A stretch of 15,603 nt of DNA from Candidatus Velthaea sp. (lineage in GTDB: Bacteria; Vulcanimicrobiota; Vulcanimicrobiia; Vulcanimicrobiales; Vulcanimicrobiaceae), in NCBI GenBank assembly GCA_050012475.1, contig JBEKHC010000110.1:1-15603 (forward strand), given 5' to 3'. Made by a program: the position numbers and the translations under genes. Within the stretch, counting starts at the first letter, position 1. Each line of letters opens with the position of its first letter. The notes beneath the pieces are model-generated. The model saw only the letters and a list, made by a program, of their open reading frames with translations. It had not been told where the DNA came from and did not search any database. Below, one piece after another: positions 1-7,980 of this stretch.

Positions 1-162
1 ATCGAGAATGCGTGCGTTCGCCGGCGCTGCGGCAACGAGCTCATCGACTATTGCGGCGTTGTAGTTTTCCAGCGCGGCTTCCGCTAATCGAAGCCATTCG
101 GTCCCGCTGTAGTCGCTCCCCGGCGAAGTCGGCTGCTGCGATTGAAAACGTCGGTTTTTCAC
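1..162 (-). CDS. Class I SAM-dependent methyltransferase, N-terminal part only (runs off left edge; not in ORF track)
   Basis: Manual minus-strand translation from GTG at 162: VKNRRFQSQQPTSPGSDYSGTEWLRLAEAALENYNAAIVDELVAAAPANARILD, open to base 1. The ending ARILD matches the strand leading into SAM motif I (LDxGxGxG). An in-frame TGA at 204-202 leaves GTG162 as the only ATG/GTG/TTG start. Confidence 0.65.
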   Translation of the reverse strand, partial: MKNRRFQSQQPTSPGSDYSGTEWLRLAEAALENYNAAIVDELVAAAPANARILD

Positions 163-321
163 CGTTTGAGCGCAACGCGGGTGCGACTGAGCATGCGCAC
201 TTCAATTGGCACGCACTTCGGTAAGCCCTCCTCTTGGCGTCGAGGGAAACGGTTGGGTTTTCGTGTTCCAAACGCCGTAGAAAGGAAATGGAACCTTCTT
301 TCCGGAGAGAACATTTACTCG

Positions 322-1260
322 ATGCGTTATTTCGTGACCGGATGCGCCGGATTCGTTGGGAGCACGTTTGCGGACCGGCTGTTGGGCGCCGGTCATTCCG
401 TTGTCGGGTTCGACAACTTCTCGACCGGTCGCGAAGCGTTCATCGCCGCTGCGCTGCGACATCCGAACTTCATGCTGCACCGGGGCGATTTGCTCGACGC
501 CGCGGCCGTGCGCGCCGCGGCTGCCGGCTGCGATACGATCGTGCATCTCGCGGCCAACGCAGACGTGCGGTTCGGAGCCGACCATCCGCTGCGCGATTTC
601 GAACAGAACGTCGGCGCGACGATGAACGTGCTCGAAGCCGCGCGGCTCAACGGGATCGCAACGATCGCGTTCTCATCCACGGGTTCGATCTACGGCGAGG
701 CCACGATCGTGCCGACGCCCGAAGACGCACCGATTCCCATTCAGACGTCGTTGTACGGCGCTTCGAAAATTGCCGCCGAAGGCTTCATCGAAGCGTACGC
801 CGAGGCGTTCGATCTGCGCGCGTTTATTTTCCGGTTCGTCTCGCTGCTGGGTGAGCGCTATACCCACGGCCACGTGCTGGATTTCTGCCGCCAGCTGCGC
901 GAACATCCGCGCGAACTCCACGTGCTGGGCGACGGCACCCAACGCAAGTCGTACCTATACGTCGGCGATTGCATCGACGCGATGCTGCTGGCCCTGGACC
1001 GTCCGGCGGGACGCGTGAACGTTTACAATCTGGGGTCGGACGGATATTGCCAAATCCACGACTCCGTGGCGTGGATCTCCGAACGGCTTGGCGTGCAGCC
1101 GCGCATCACGTACGGCGGCGGTGATCGTGGGTGGATCGGCGACAATCCGTTCATTTTTCTCGACACGGCGCGGATTCGGGAGCTGGGCTGGAACCCGACG
1201 TTGAGCATCCGCGCCGCCGTCGAGCGCACCGTCGATTTCATCGTGAAAGAGCAGTTGTGA
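322..1260 (+). CDS. NAD-dependent epimerase/dehydratase (extended SDR), 312 aa
   Basis: VTGCAGFVG Rossmann motif, HLAA, FSSTGSIYG, catalytic YGASK. Start moved from 142 to ATG322 (MRYFVTG), with GGAGA at 304-308. Confidence 0.93.
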   Translation: MRYFVTGCAGFVGSTFADRLLGAGHSVVGFDNFSTGREAFIAAALRHPNFMLHRGDLLDAAAVRAAAAGCDTIVHLAANADVRFGADHPLRDFEQNVGATMNVLEAARLNGIATIAFSSTGSIYGEATIVPTPEDAPIPIQTSLYGASKIAAEGFIEAYAEAFDLRAFIFRFVSLLGERYTHGHVLDFCRQLREHPRELHVLGDGTQRKSYLYVGDCIDAMLLALDRPAGRVNVYNLGSDGYCQIHDSVAWISERLGVQPRITYGGGDRGWIGDNPFIFLDTARIRELGWNPTLSIRAAVERTVDFIVKEQL

Positions 1261-2567
1261 ACGTCGGCGTCGTCGGGCTTTGGCATTTGGGAACCGTTAC
1301 CGCGGCGTGCCTGGCCGCCGCCGGACATACGGTGGTCGCGGTCGATACGGAGGCGGTGGTCGCGCCCCTCGCCGCCGGCGAAGTGCCGGTCGCCGAACCC
1401 GGTTTGGCCGAACTCGTCGCCGCCCAACGCACGGCCGGGCGGCTGGAGTTCGGTTCGGATCTGACGGCGCTGCGGGTTTGTGAGTTGGTTTGGATCACGT
1501 ACGATACACCGATCGACGCGTTTGATTGCGCCGACGTCGAGTTCGTCGTCGAACGCATCCGCGCGGTCATCGATTGCCTCGACGAGAGCGCGACAATCGC
1601 GGTGTCGTCGCAGTTGCCGGTGGGTTCGGTGGCGCGGCTGGAGCGAATCGCTGCCGCCGCCGGCAAGAGCGGCTCGCTTACGTTCGCGTCGATTCCGGAG
1701 AATCTGCGGCTCGGATCGGCGATCGCCTATTTTCGAACACCCGACCGCATGATCGTCGGCGTCCGCGATACGCTCGCGCGCGAACGCATCGCGCGCATGC
1801 TGGCCCCGTTCGTGGCCGACGTCAAGTGGATGCGCACGGAGTCGGCCGAAATGACGAAGCACGCGCTCAACGGTTTCTTGGCCACGTCGGTCGCGTTCAT
1901 GAATGAGATCGGTGCGGTGTGCGAGCGCGTCGGCGCCGACGCGCGGGAAGTCGAGATCGGGCTCAAGAGCGACGTGCGGATCGGTCCCAAAGCGTATCTG
2001 CGCGCCGGGCAAGCGTTTGCCGGCGGAACGCTGGCGCGCGATCTGGCCTTCCTCGCCGCGATCGGCGAGCGGACCGGGGTGGGCGTTGAACAGCTTACGG
2101 CAACCCAGGCAAGCAACCAACGACACAAGGATTGGCTCGCGGCGACGGTCGGTGCGGCGCTCGCCGGCAGTGGTGAGCCGGCCGTCGCGCTTTTGGGGCT
2201 GGTCTACAAGCCAGGCACGGATACCCTGCGCGCGTCGACGGCCCTCGAGCTGGCGCGCCGTCTGCGTGAGGCCGGGGTCCGGGTGAGCGGATTCGATCCG
2301 GCCATCGCTGTAGGCCGGGGCGAGCTCGCCGGCATCGTCGATGTGGCCGTGAGCGCCGCGGCGGCGCTGCTCGACGCGGACGTGGCGGTCGTCGCCACGC
2401 CCTGGCCGGCCTTCCGCGACCTGCGCGCGGCGGACTTTGCCGGGATGCGCGGACGCACGCTCGTCGACCCCGACCGCTTCCTCGATCCGGCGCATGCGGC
2501 GTTGAGCGGACTGACCTACGTGGCCTTCGGTGTGGGCGCACCCGACGCGGCAGTTGCGCACTCGTGA
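1257..2567 (+). CDS. UDP-glucose/GDP-mannose dehydrogenase family protein with non-canonical active site (no catalytic Cys)
   Basis: GVVGLWHLG, EPGL, PENLRLG, SAEMTKHALNGFLA, DVRIG, AFAGGTLARD (family GxGGxCxPKD), LGLVYKPGTDTLRAS. GTG1257 overlaps the upstream TGA (GTGA). Confidence 0.9.
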   Translation: MNVGVVGLWHLGTVTAACLAAAGHTVVAVDTEAVVAPLAAGEVPVAEPGLAELVAAQRTAGRLEFGSDLTALRVCELVWITYDTPIDAFDCADVEFVVERIRAVIDCLDESATIAVSSQLPVGSVARLERIAAAAGKSGSLTFASIPENLRLGSAIAYFRTPDRMIVGVRDTLARERIARMLAPFVADVKWMRTESAEMTKHALNGFLATSVAFMNEIGAVCERVGADAREVEIGLKSDVRIGPKAYLRAGQAFAGGTLARDLAFLAAIGERTGVGVEQLTATQASNQRHKDWLAATVGAALAGSGEPAVALLGLVYKPGTDTLRASTALELARRLREAGVRVSGFDPAIAVGRGELAGIVDVAVSAAAALLDADVAVVATPWPAFRDLRAADFAGMRGRTLVDPDRFLDPAHAALSGLTYVAFGVGAPDAAVAHS

Positions 2568-3418
2568 TACTCAAGGGGAAGCGCGCACTGGTAACGGGCG
2601 CTAATCAGGGCCTGGGTTTTGCAATCGCCGAGGCCTACACAGCAGCCGGGGCGGCGGTCGCGATATGCGCCCGGGATCGCGCCTTGCTCGAGGCGGCCGC
2701 GGAGTCGCTGCGCCGCGCGCACCCGGACGCCGATGTCTTCGCCCAGCCGTGCGACGTCGGCGATCGGGCCGATGTCGATCGGCTCTTCGCGGCGTTGGAT
2801 GCGCGGCAGGCCGGTCTGGACGTCGTGGTCTGTAACGCCGGGGTTTACGGGCCCAAGGGCGCCATCGAAACCGTCGACTGGGATGCGTGGGTCGACGCGC
2901 TGCGCATCAACTTGATCGGCACCGCGTACTGCGCGCGGCGCGCGCTGGCGTCGCTCGCGGGTTCGGCGCGAGGAAAAATCGTGATCATCTCCGGCGGCGG
3001 GGCGACCAAACCGCTGCCGAACCTGAGCTCCTATGCGGCCTCGAAGGCCGGGATCGTCCGCTTCGGCGAGACGCTGGCGGAGGAAACGCGCGGGCGCGGC
3101 ATCGACGTCAACATGATCGCGCCGGGGGCACTCAACACGCGCCTGCTCGACGAGATCCTCGCCGCCGGTCCGCAGACCGTCGGCGAAGCCTTTTTCGCCG
3201 CGTCGCTCAAACAACAGCAGACGGGCGGGACGCCGCTGGACGTCGCCGCTCGGCTGGCGGTTTTCCTAGCCTCGGGAGCCGCCGACGGGATCAGCGGCAA
3301 ACTCATCAGCGCCCCGTGGGATCCATGGGAGCGCTTCCGCGCCGACGATGAACGCTTGAACGGCGACGTCTATACCCTGCGGCGGATCGTTCCCGAAGAG
3401 CGGGGCTGGTCGTGGTAG
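2564..3418 (+). CDS. Classical short-chain dehydrogenase/reductase (probable keto-sugar reductase)
   Basis: TGANQGLG, CDV, CNAG, YAASK, IAPG motifs; GTGA overlap with the upstream gene. Confidence 0.9.
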   Translation: MILKGKRALVTGANQGLGFAIAEAYTAAGAAVAICARDRALLEAAAESLRRAHPDADVFAQPCDVGDRADVDRLFAALDARQAGLDVVVCNAGVYGPKGAIETVDWDAWVDALRINLIGTAYCARRALASLAGSARGKIVIISGGGATKPLPNLSSYAASKAGIVRFGETLAEETRGRGIDVNMIAPGALNTRLLDEILAAGPQTVGEAFFAASLKQQQTGGTPLDVAARLAVFLASGAADGISGKLISAPWDPWERFRADDERLNGDVYTLRRIVPEERGWSW

Positions 3419-4401
3419 CGAGCGGCGTTGCCATCGTCGGCTGCGGCTTGATCGGGCACAAACGCGCGAACGTGCTGCCCGCCGGAATGCTGCGCGTGGT
3501 GTGCGACATCGACCGGGCGCGAATGCGCGGGCTGGCGGAGCGCTACCCCGGCGTCGAAACCGAGCCGGACTGGCAGGCGGCGATCGAGCGCCCCGACGTG
3601 ACGATCGCGATCGTGGCCACCACCCACGATCAGCTGGCACCGATCACCGCGTTTGCCGCCGCGGCCGGAAAACACGTGCTGGTCGAGAAGCCCGCTGCCC
3701 GCCGGGCCGCCGAGCTCGACGCGGTCGATGCAGCGACCGCCAAAACCGGGGCGCTCGTGCGCGTCGGCTTCAACCACCGCTATCACCGCGCGCTGCGCAA
3801 GGCGCGCGAGATCGCCGATTCGGGCGTGCTCGGCCCGCTCACGCACGTCCGCGCGCGCTACGGGCACGGCGGCCGGCCCGGTTACGATCGTGAATGGCGT
3901 GCGCAACCGGTAATTTCGGGCGGCGGTGAAGCGATCGATCAAGGGATGCACGTGATCGACTTGGCGCGCTGGTTCCTGGGTGACTTCACCGACGTGCACG
4001 GATTCATGCCGCGCTATTTTTGGGACATGCCGGTGGAAGACAACGCGTTTTTTCTGTTGCGCACGGCCGCGGGGCAAGTCGCGCAGCTGCACACCTCGTG
4101 GACGGAATGGAAGAACTTGTTTTCGTTCGAGCTCTTTGGCCGGATGGGAAAACTGGACGTCCGCGGTCTGGGCGGCAGCTACGGGGTTGAAACGTTGGCC
4201 TACTATGCGATGTCGCCCGAGATGGGTCCGCCCGAGACCACTATTTACGAGTACCCGATGGGCGATGATTCGTGGAACGCCGAATTCACGGCGTTTCTCG
4301 ACGACGTCGCCGCGCACCGCCGGCCCGATCCGACGGTCGCCGATGCGCGCGCGGCGCTGGCGGTGATCGAGCGCATCTACGCGGCCGAGGCGGCGCGATG
4401 A
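3412..4401 (+). CDS. Gfo/Idh/MocA family oxidoreductase
   Basis: IVGCGLIG, GKHVLVEKP, VGFNHRY, GGGEAIDQGMHVID; 7-nt overlap with the SDR; stop forms ATGA with the next gene. Confidence 0.92.
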   Translation: MVASGVAIVGCGLIGHKRANVLPAGMLRVVCDIDRARMRGLAERYPGVETEPDWQAAIERPDVTIAIVATTHDQLAPITAFAAAAGKHVLVEKPAARRAAELDAVDAATAKTGALVRVGFNHRYHRALRKAREIADSGVLGPLTHVRARYGHGGRPGYDREWRAQPVISGGGEAIDQGMHVIDLARWFLGDFTDVHGFMPRYFWDMPVEDNAFFLLRTAAGQVAQLHTSWTEWKNLFSFELFGRMGKLDVRGLGGSYGVETLAYYAMSPEMGPPETTIYEYPMGDDSWNAEFTAFLDDVAAHRRPDPTVADARAALAVIERIYAAEAAR

Positions 4402-5378
4402 TCATCACGCGCAGCCCGCTGCGGATCTCGCTGGGCGGCGGCGGCACCGATTTGCCGTCGTACTATCGCGAGCACGGCGGTTTTCTGGTCGCGGCGGCGA
4501 TCGACCGCTACGTCTATATCACGCTGCACGAGACGTTCGTCGAAGAATGCATCATCAAGTACTCGCAGCTCGAACGCGTGTCGTCGGTCGATGCGATTGC
4601 GCATCCGCTCATTCGTGAAGCGCTGCGGATGACCGGCACGCCGACGGCGTACTTGGAGATCGCGAGCATGTCGGACATCCCGGCCGGAACGGGGTTGGGC
4701 TCGTCGGGCAGTTTCACGACGGCGCTGTTGCACGCACTGCACGTGATGAATCGCGAGATCGTCACGAAGGATCGGCTCGCCGAAGAAGCCTGCCGCATCG
4801 AGATCGACGTGCTGCGCGAAAGCGTGGGCAAGCAAGACCAGTATATCGCGGCGTATGGCGGGATCACGTCTTTTGCGTTCGAACGCGACGATAGCGTGCG
4901 CGTGGCGCCGGTCCGGCTCGATCCCGAGACGCGCTCGAACTTGCAAGACAATCTCGTGTTGTTCTTCACCGGGTACACGCGCTCGGCCTCAAAGATTCTC
5001 AGCGATCAGGATCAGCGCACCAAGAGCGGCGACCGCTCGACGATCGACGGCCTGCACTACGTCAAGGAGCTCGGCCGCGCCAGCCACGCCGCGCTCGAGT
5101 CCGGCGACCTGCGCCGTTTCGCCGAGCTGATGCACGAACATTGGGAGTACAAACGCAAGCGGCCTAATGGCATGTCAAATCCGCAGATCGACGCGTGGTA
5201 TGAAACCGGGCGCCGGCACGGCGCACTCGGCGGGAAAATCATCGGCGCGGGCGGCGGCGGATTTCTGATGTTTTACACCGAGGAAAAATCGCGCTTGCGG
5301 CGCGGTATGGTCGAAGCCGGACTTAAAGAGGTGCGTTTGAATTTCGACGTTCAGGGCACGACCGTCGTCACATTGTAG
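4398..5378 (+). CDS. hddA: GHMP sugar kinase, D-glycero-alpha-D-manno-heptose-7-phosphate kinase (HddA)-like
   Basis: PLRISLGGGGTD, PAGTGLGSSGS ATP motif, GKQDQY, GGKIIGAGGGGF; start at ATG4398 (ATGA overlap). Family is clear, exact substrate is inferred. Confidence 0.88.
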   Translation: MIITRSPLRISLGGGGTDLPSYYREHGGFLVAAAIDRYVYITLHETFVEECIIKYSQLERVSSVDAIAHPLIREALRMTGTPTAYLEIASMSDIPAGTGLGSSGSFTTALLHALHVMNREIVTKDRLAEEACRIEIDVLRESVGKQDQYIAAYGGITSFAFERDDSVRVAPVRLDPETRSNLQDNLVLFFTGYTRSASKILSDQDQRTKSGDRSTIDGLHYVKELGRASHAALESGDLRRFAELMHEHWEYKRKRPNGMSNPQIDAWYETGRRHGALGGKIIGAGGGGFLMFYTEEKSRLRRGMVEAGLKEVRLNFDVQGTTVVTL

Positions 5379-5385
5379 GAGTTTG

Positions 5386-6084
5386 ATGCTCCCGTTCGCG
5401 ATTTTATGCGGCGGGCTGGGCACGCGGATGCGCCCGGCAACGTTGACGCTGCCCAAGCCCATGCTCGAGGTTGCGGGCGAGCCGTTCCTCGGGCATTTGC
5501 TGCGCTATGTCGCCGCGCAGGGAGGTAGCCGAGCGGTGCTCTGTATCGGCTACCGAGGCGAACTCATCCGCGCGTTCGCGGGCGACGGTTCGCGCTTCGG
5601 ACTCGAGCTTGCTTATGTCGAGGACGGCGCGACGCCGCTGGGGACGGCCGGCGCGGTGCGGGCTGCGCTCGCGCAACTGGGCGACGCCTTTTTCGTCCTT
5701 TTCGGCGACGCTTTTTTGCCGATCGACTATCGCGCGGTCGAGCAGTGCTTCCTTGCCGCGGGGACGGAGGGTCTCATGACGGTCTATGCCGATCCGAACT
5801 CGTACCATCCGGCGAACGTCGAGGTCGCAGGGGGACGGGTGGTGGCGTACGACAAACTGCACCCGACACAACGCATGACGTTTATTGACTACGGGTTGAG
5901 CGCGTTTCGCGCATCCGCGTTTACCGGCATCGAACCCGGGACGGCAGCGGACTTGAGTGCGGTGAACCAGCGCCTCATCGCAGCGGGCCAACTGAGCGCA
6001 TTCCAGGCGCAGCAGCGCTTTTACGAGATCGGTTCGCCCGAAGGCATGGCGCTCACGACCGCATACCTGCGCGAGGAAAAATAA
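5386..6084 (+). CDS. hddC: Sugar-1-phosphate nucleotidyltransferase, HddC-like (probably guanylyltransferase)
   Basis: LCGGLGTRM...LPKPM signature, PLGTAGA, LFGD, EIGSPE; AGGAG at 5377-5381 before ATG5386; follows an HddA-like kinase. Confidence 0.82.
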   Translation: MLPFAILCGGLGTRMRPATLTLPKPMLEVAGEPFLGHLLRYVAAQGGSRAVLCIGYRGELIRAFAGDGSRFGLELAYVEDGATPLGTAGAVRAALAQLGDAFFVLFGDAFLPIDYRAVEQCFLAAGTEGLMTVYADPNSYHPANVEVAGGRVVAYDKLHPTQRMTFIDYGLSAFRASAFTGIEPGTAADLSAVNQRLIAAGQLSAFQAQQRFYEIGSPEGMALTTAYLREEK

Positions 6085-6087
6085 CGA

Positions 6088-6705
6088 GTGAACACCGTCG
6101 CACCGCAAACATTCTCGGCGTCTTTTCTGGCCGAAGCGCAAGAGGTGATCGGGAAGATCAACGTCGACGACGTCGAGCGCATGGTGCAGATCCTCGCGCA
6201 GACCAAAGCCCGCGGCGGTCGCCTGTTCGTGCTGGGCGTCGGCGGCAGCGCCGGAAACGCCTCGCACGCGGTGAACGATTTCCGCAAAATCGTCGGGCTC
6301 GAAGCATACGCGCCGACCGATAACGTATCGGAATTGACGGCGCGGACCAACGATGACGGTTGGGCCAGCGTCTTCGTCGAGTGGCTCAAAACCAGCCGGC
6401 TCCGGAGCAGCGACACGATCTGCGTCTTTTCCGTCGGCGGCGGAAACCTCGAGAAGATGGTCAGCCCGAATTTGGTGCACGCGCTGCGCTATGCCAAGGA
6501 GGTCGGCGCGTCGATCGTCGGCGTGGTCGGGCGCGACGGCGGCTTCACCGCGACCGTGGCCGATGCGTGCGTGATCATCCCGACGGTGAACGCCGATCAC
6601 ATCACGCCGCATTCCGAAGCATTCCAAGCAGTCGTCTGGCACCTGATCGTCTCGCATCCGGCGCTCAAGGCGGTCCAAACCAAATGGGAGTCGGTCGCGA
6701 AGTGA
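6088..6705 (+). CDS. gmhA: SIS-domain sugar-phosphate isomerase, GmhA-like (divergent)
   Basis: GVGGSAGNASHAVNDF, LTARTNDDGW, FSVGGG..SPN, VGRDGG, C-terminal EAFQAVVWH; GAGG upstream of GTG6088. Confidence 0.8.
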   Translation: MNTVAPQTFSASFLAEAQEVIGKINVDDVERMVQILAQTKARGGRLFVLGVGGSAGNASHAVNDFRKIVGLEAYAPTDNVSELTARTNDDGWASVFVEWLKTSRLRSSDTICVFSVGGGNLEKMVSPNLVHALRYAKEVGASIVGVVGRDGGFTATVADACVIIPTVNADHITPHSEAFQAVVWHLIVSHPALKAVQTKWESVAK

Positions 6706-7241
6706 AGGCTGGCGGCGCGCGCGCCGTGTTCTTCGATCGCGACGGCGTCATCAACGCGGCGGTCCTGCGCGACCGCAAACCGCATCCGCCCGCGTCGGCC
6801 GACGAATTGGAGATCGATGCCGACGCCGCCGCGGTCGTCGCCGGTCTGCGCCGGCGCGATTTCGACGTCATCGTGTTCACCAATCAACCCGATGTCGCGC
6901 GCGGGACGACGCCGCGCACGGCGGTCGAGTCGATCCACACGACGATCGCGGAACGGACCGCGATCGATGCGTTTTACGTGTGCTACCACGACGATGCCGA
7001 CCGCTGCGCGTGCCGCAAGCCGTTGCCAGGGATGTTGCTGTCGGCAAGCGCGGAGCGCGGCATCGATCTGCAGCGCTCGTACGTCGTCGGCGACCGCTGG
7101 CGGGATATCGAAGCCGGAAAACGTGCGGGCTGCCGGACCGTCTGGATCGACCGCGGTTACGACGAACCCCCGGCCGATGCACCGGCGCGCCGGGTCACCA
7201 ATCTGCTCGAAGCCTACGAATGGATCATCCATGATTGCTAA
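6702..7241 (+). CDS. gmhB: HAD-IIIA sugar-bisphosphate phosphatase, GmhB-like
   Basis: FFDRDGVIN (DxD), TNQPD, zinc motif CYH...CACRKP, VGDRWRD; GTG6702 overlaps the SIS stop (GTGA). Confidence 0.9.
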   Translation: MKAGGARAVFFDRDGVINAAVLRDRKPHPPASADELEIDADAAAVVAGLRRRDFDVIVFTNQPDVARGTTPRTAVESIHTTIAERTAIDAFYVCYHDDADRCACRKPLPGMLLSASAERGIDLQRSYVVGDRWRDIEAGKRAGCRTVWIDRGYDEPPADAPARRVTNLLEAYEWIIHDC

Positions 7242-7980
7242 CGCGCTTCAGCCGGCGGCTGCAGCTTCTGCCCTCAAGCGGCTACGGGTCAAGCTCTTCG
7301 CCGACGGCGCGGATGTCGACGGGATGCGCGAGATGGCCGCCAACCCGGCCATTGCCGGATTCACGACCAACCCGACGTTGATGCGCAAAGCCGGCATCGG
7401 CGACTACGCGAGGTTTGCGCGCGACGTGCTCGCCCTGGTTCCGGATCGCCCGATTTCGTTTGAGGTGTTTTCGGACGATTTCAAAGAGATGGAGCGCCAA
7501 GCGCGGACCATCAACGCGTGGGGAACGAACGTTTACGTGAAGATCCCCGTCACGAACACGAAAGGCGAGAGCGCGGCCAAGCTCGTGCATGCTCTCAGCG
7601 CCGACGGGATCAAGCTCAACGTCACCGCGCTGACGACGCTCGAGCAGGTGGGGGTCGTCACCGATGCGTTAGCGGCGGAAACGCGGGGCTATGTGTCAAT
7701 CTTTGCCGGGCGCATCGCCGATACGGGCCGCGACCCGATGCCGATCATGAAGGCGGCGGTCGCGCGGCTTGCCCGCAAACCGCTGCTCGAATTGATCTGG
7801 GCGAGCCCGCGCGAGGTGCTCAACGTTTTCCAGGCCGACGAAGTCGGCTGCCAGATCATCACCGCGACCAACGATATCCTCAAGAAACTCGCCATTGTGG
7901 GCAAAGATCTTACGCAGTACTCGCTCGAGACGGTAAAGATGTTCCACGACGACGCACGGGCAGCAGGCTACCGGATATAG
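7231..7980 (+). CDS. tal: Transaldolase (short MipB/TalC-type), 249 aa
   Basis: FADGAD, GFTTNPTL, ISFEV (acid/base Glu), VYVKIPV (Schiff-base Lys), NVTA, SIFAGRIAD, WASPR. Glu plus Phe indicates transaldolase rather than fructose-6-phosphate aldolase (Gln/Tyr). ATG7231 overlaps the gmhB end by 11 nt. Confidence 0.92.
   Translation: MIANALQPAAAASALKRLRVKLFADGADVDGMREMAANPAIAGFTTNPTLMRKAGIGDYARFARDVLALVPDRPISFEVFSDDFKEMERQARTINAWGTNVYVKIPVTNTKGESAAKLVHALSADGIKLNVTALTTLEQVGVVTDALAAETRGYVSIFAGRIADTGRDPMPIMKAAVARLARKPLLELIWASPREVLNVFQADEVGCQIITATNDILKKLAIVGKDLTQYSLETVKMFHDDARAAGYRI

Noticed and set aside
142..321. Long N-terminal extensions in the ORF track (starts 142, 1131, 4272, 6360, 6817, 9757, 11244)
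   Set aside because: They overlap neighbouring genes; downstream starts fit domain boundaries, SD-like sites and ATGA/GTGA coupling better.
1023..2561. Long antisense ORFs (1023-2561, also 3370-4317, 5404-6678, 9799-11190 and others)
   Set aside because: Shadow frames opposite motif-bearing genes, expected at high GC; Arg/Ala/Gly-rich with no family motifs.
1257..2567. Calling this gene ugd, or a pseudogene
   Set aside because: Catalytic Cys and Thr are absent so ugd function is unsupported, but the frame is full length and coupled on both sides, so it does not look decayed.
322..7980. Calling the operon a lincosamide antibiotic cluster
   Set aside because: No aminotransferase, alkylproline, condensation, thiol-transfer or resistance genes in the window; neighbours are envelope glycosyltransferases.
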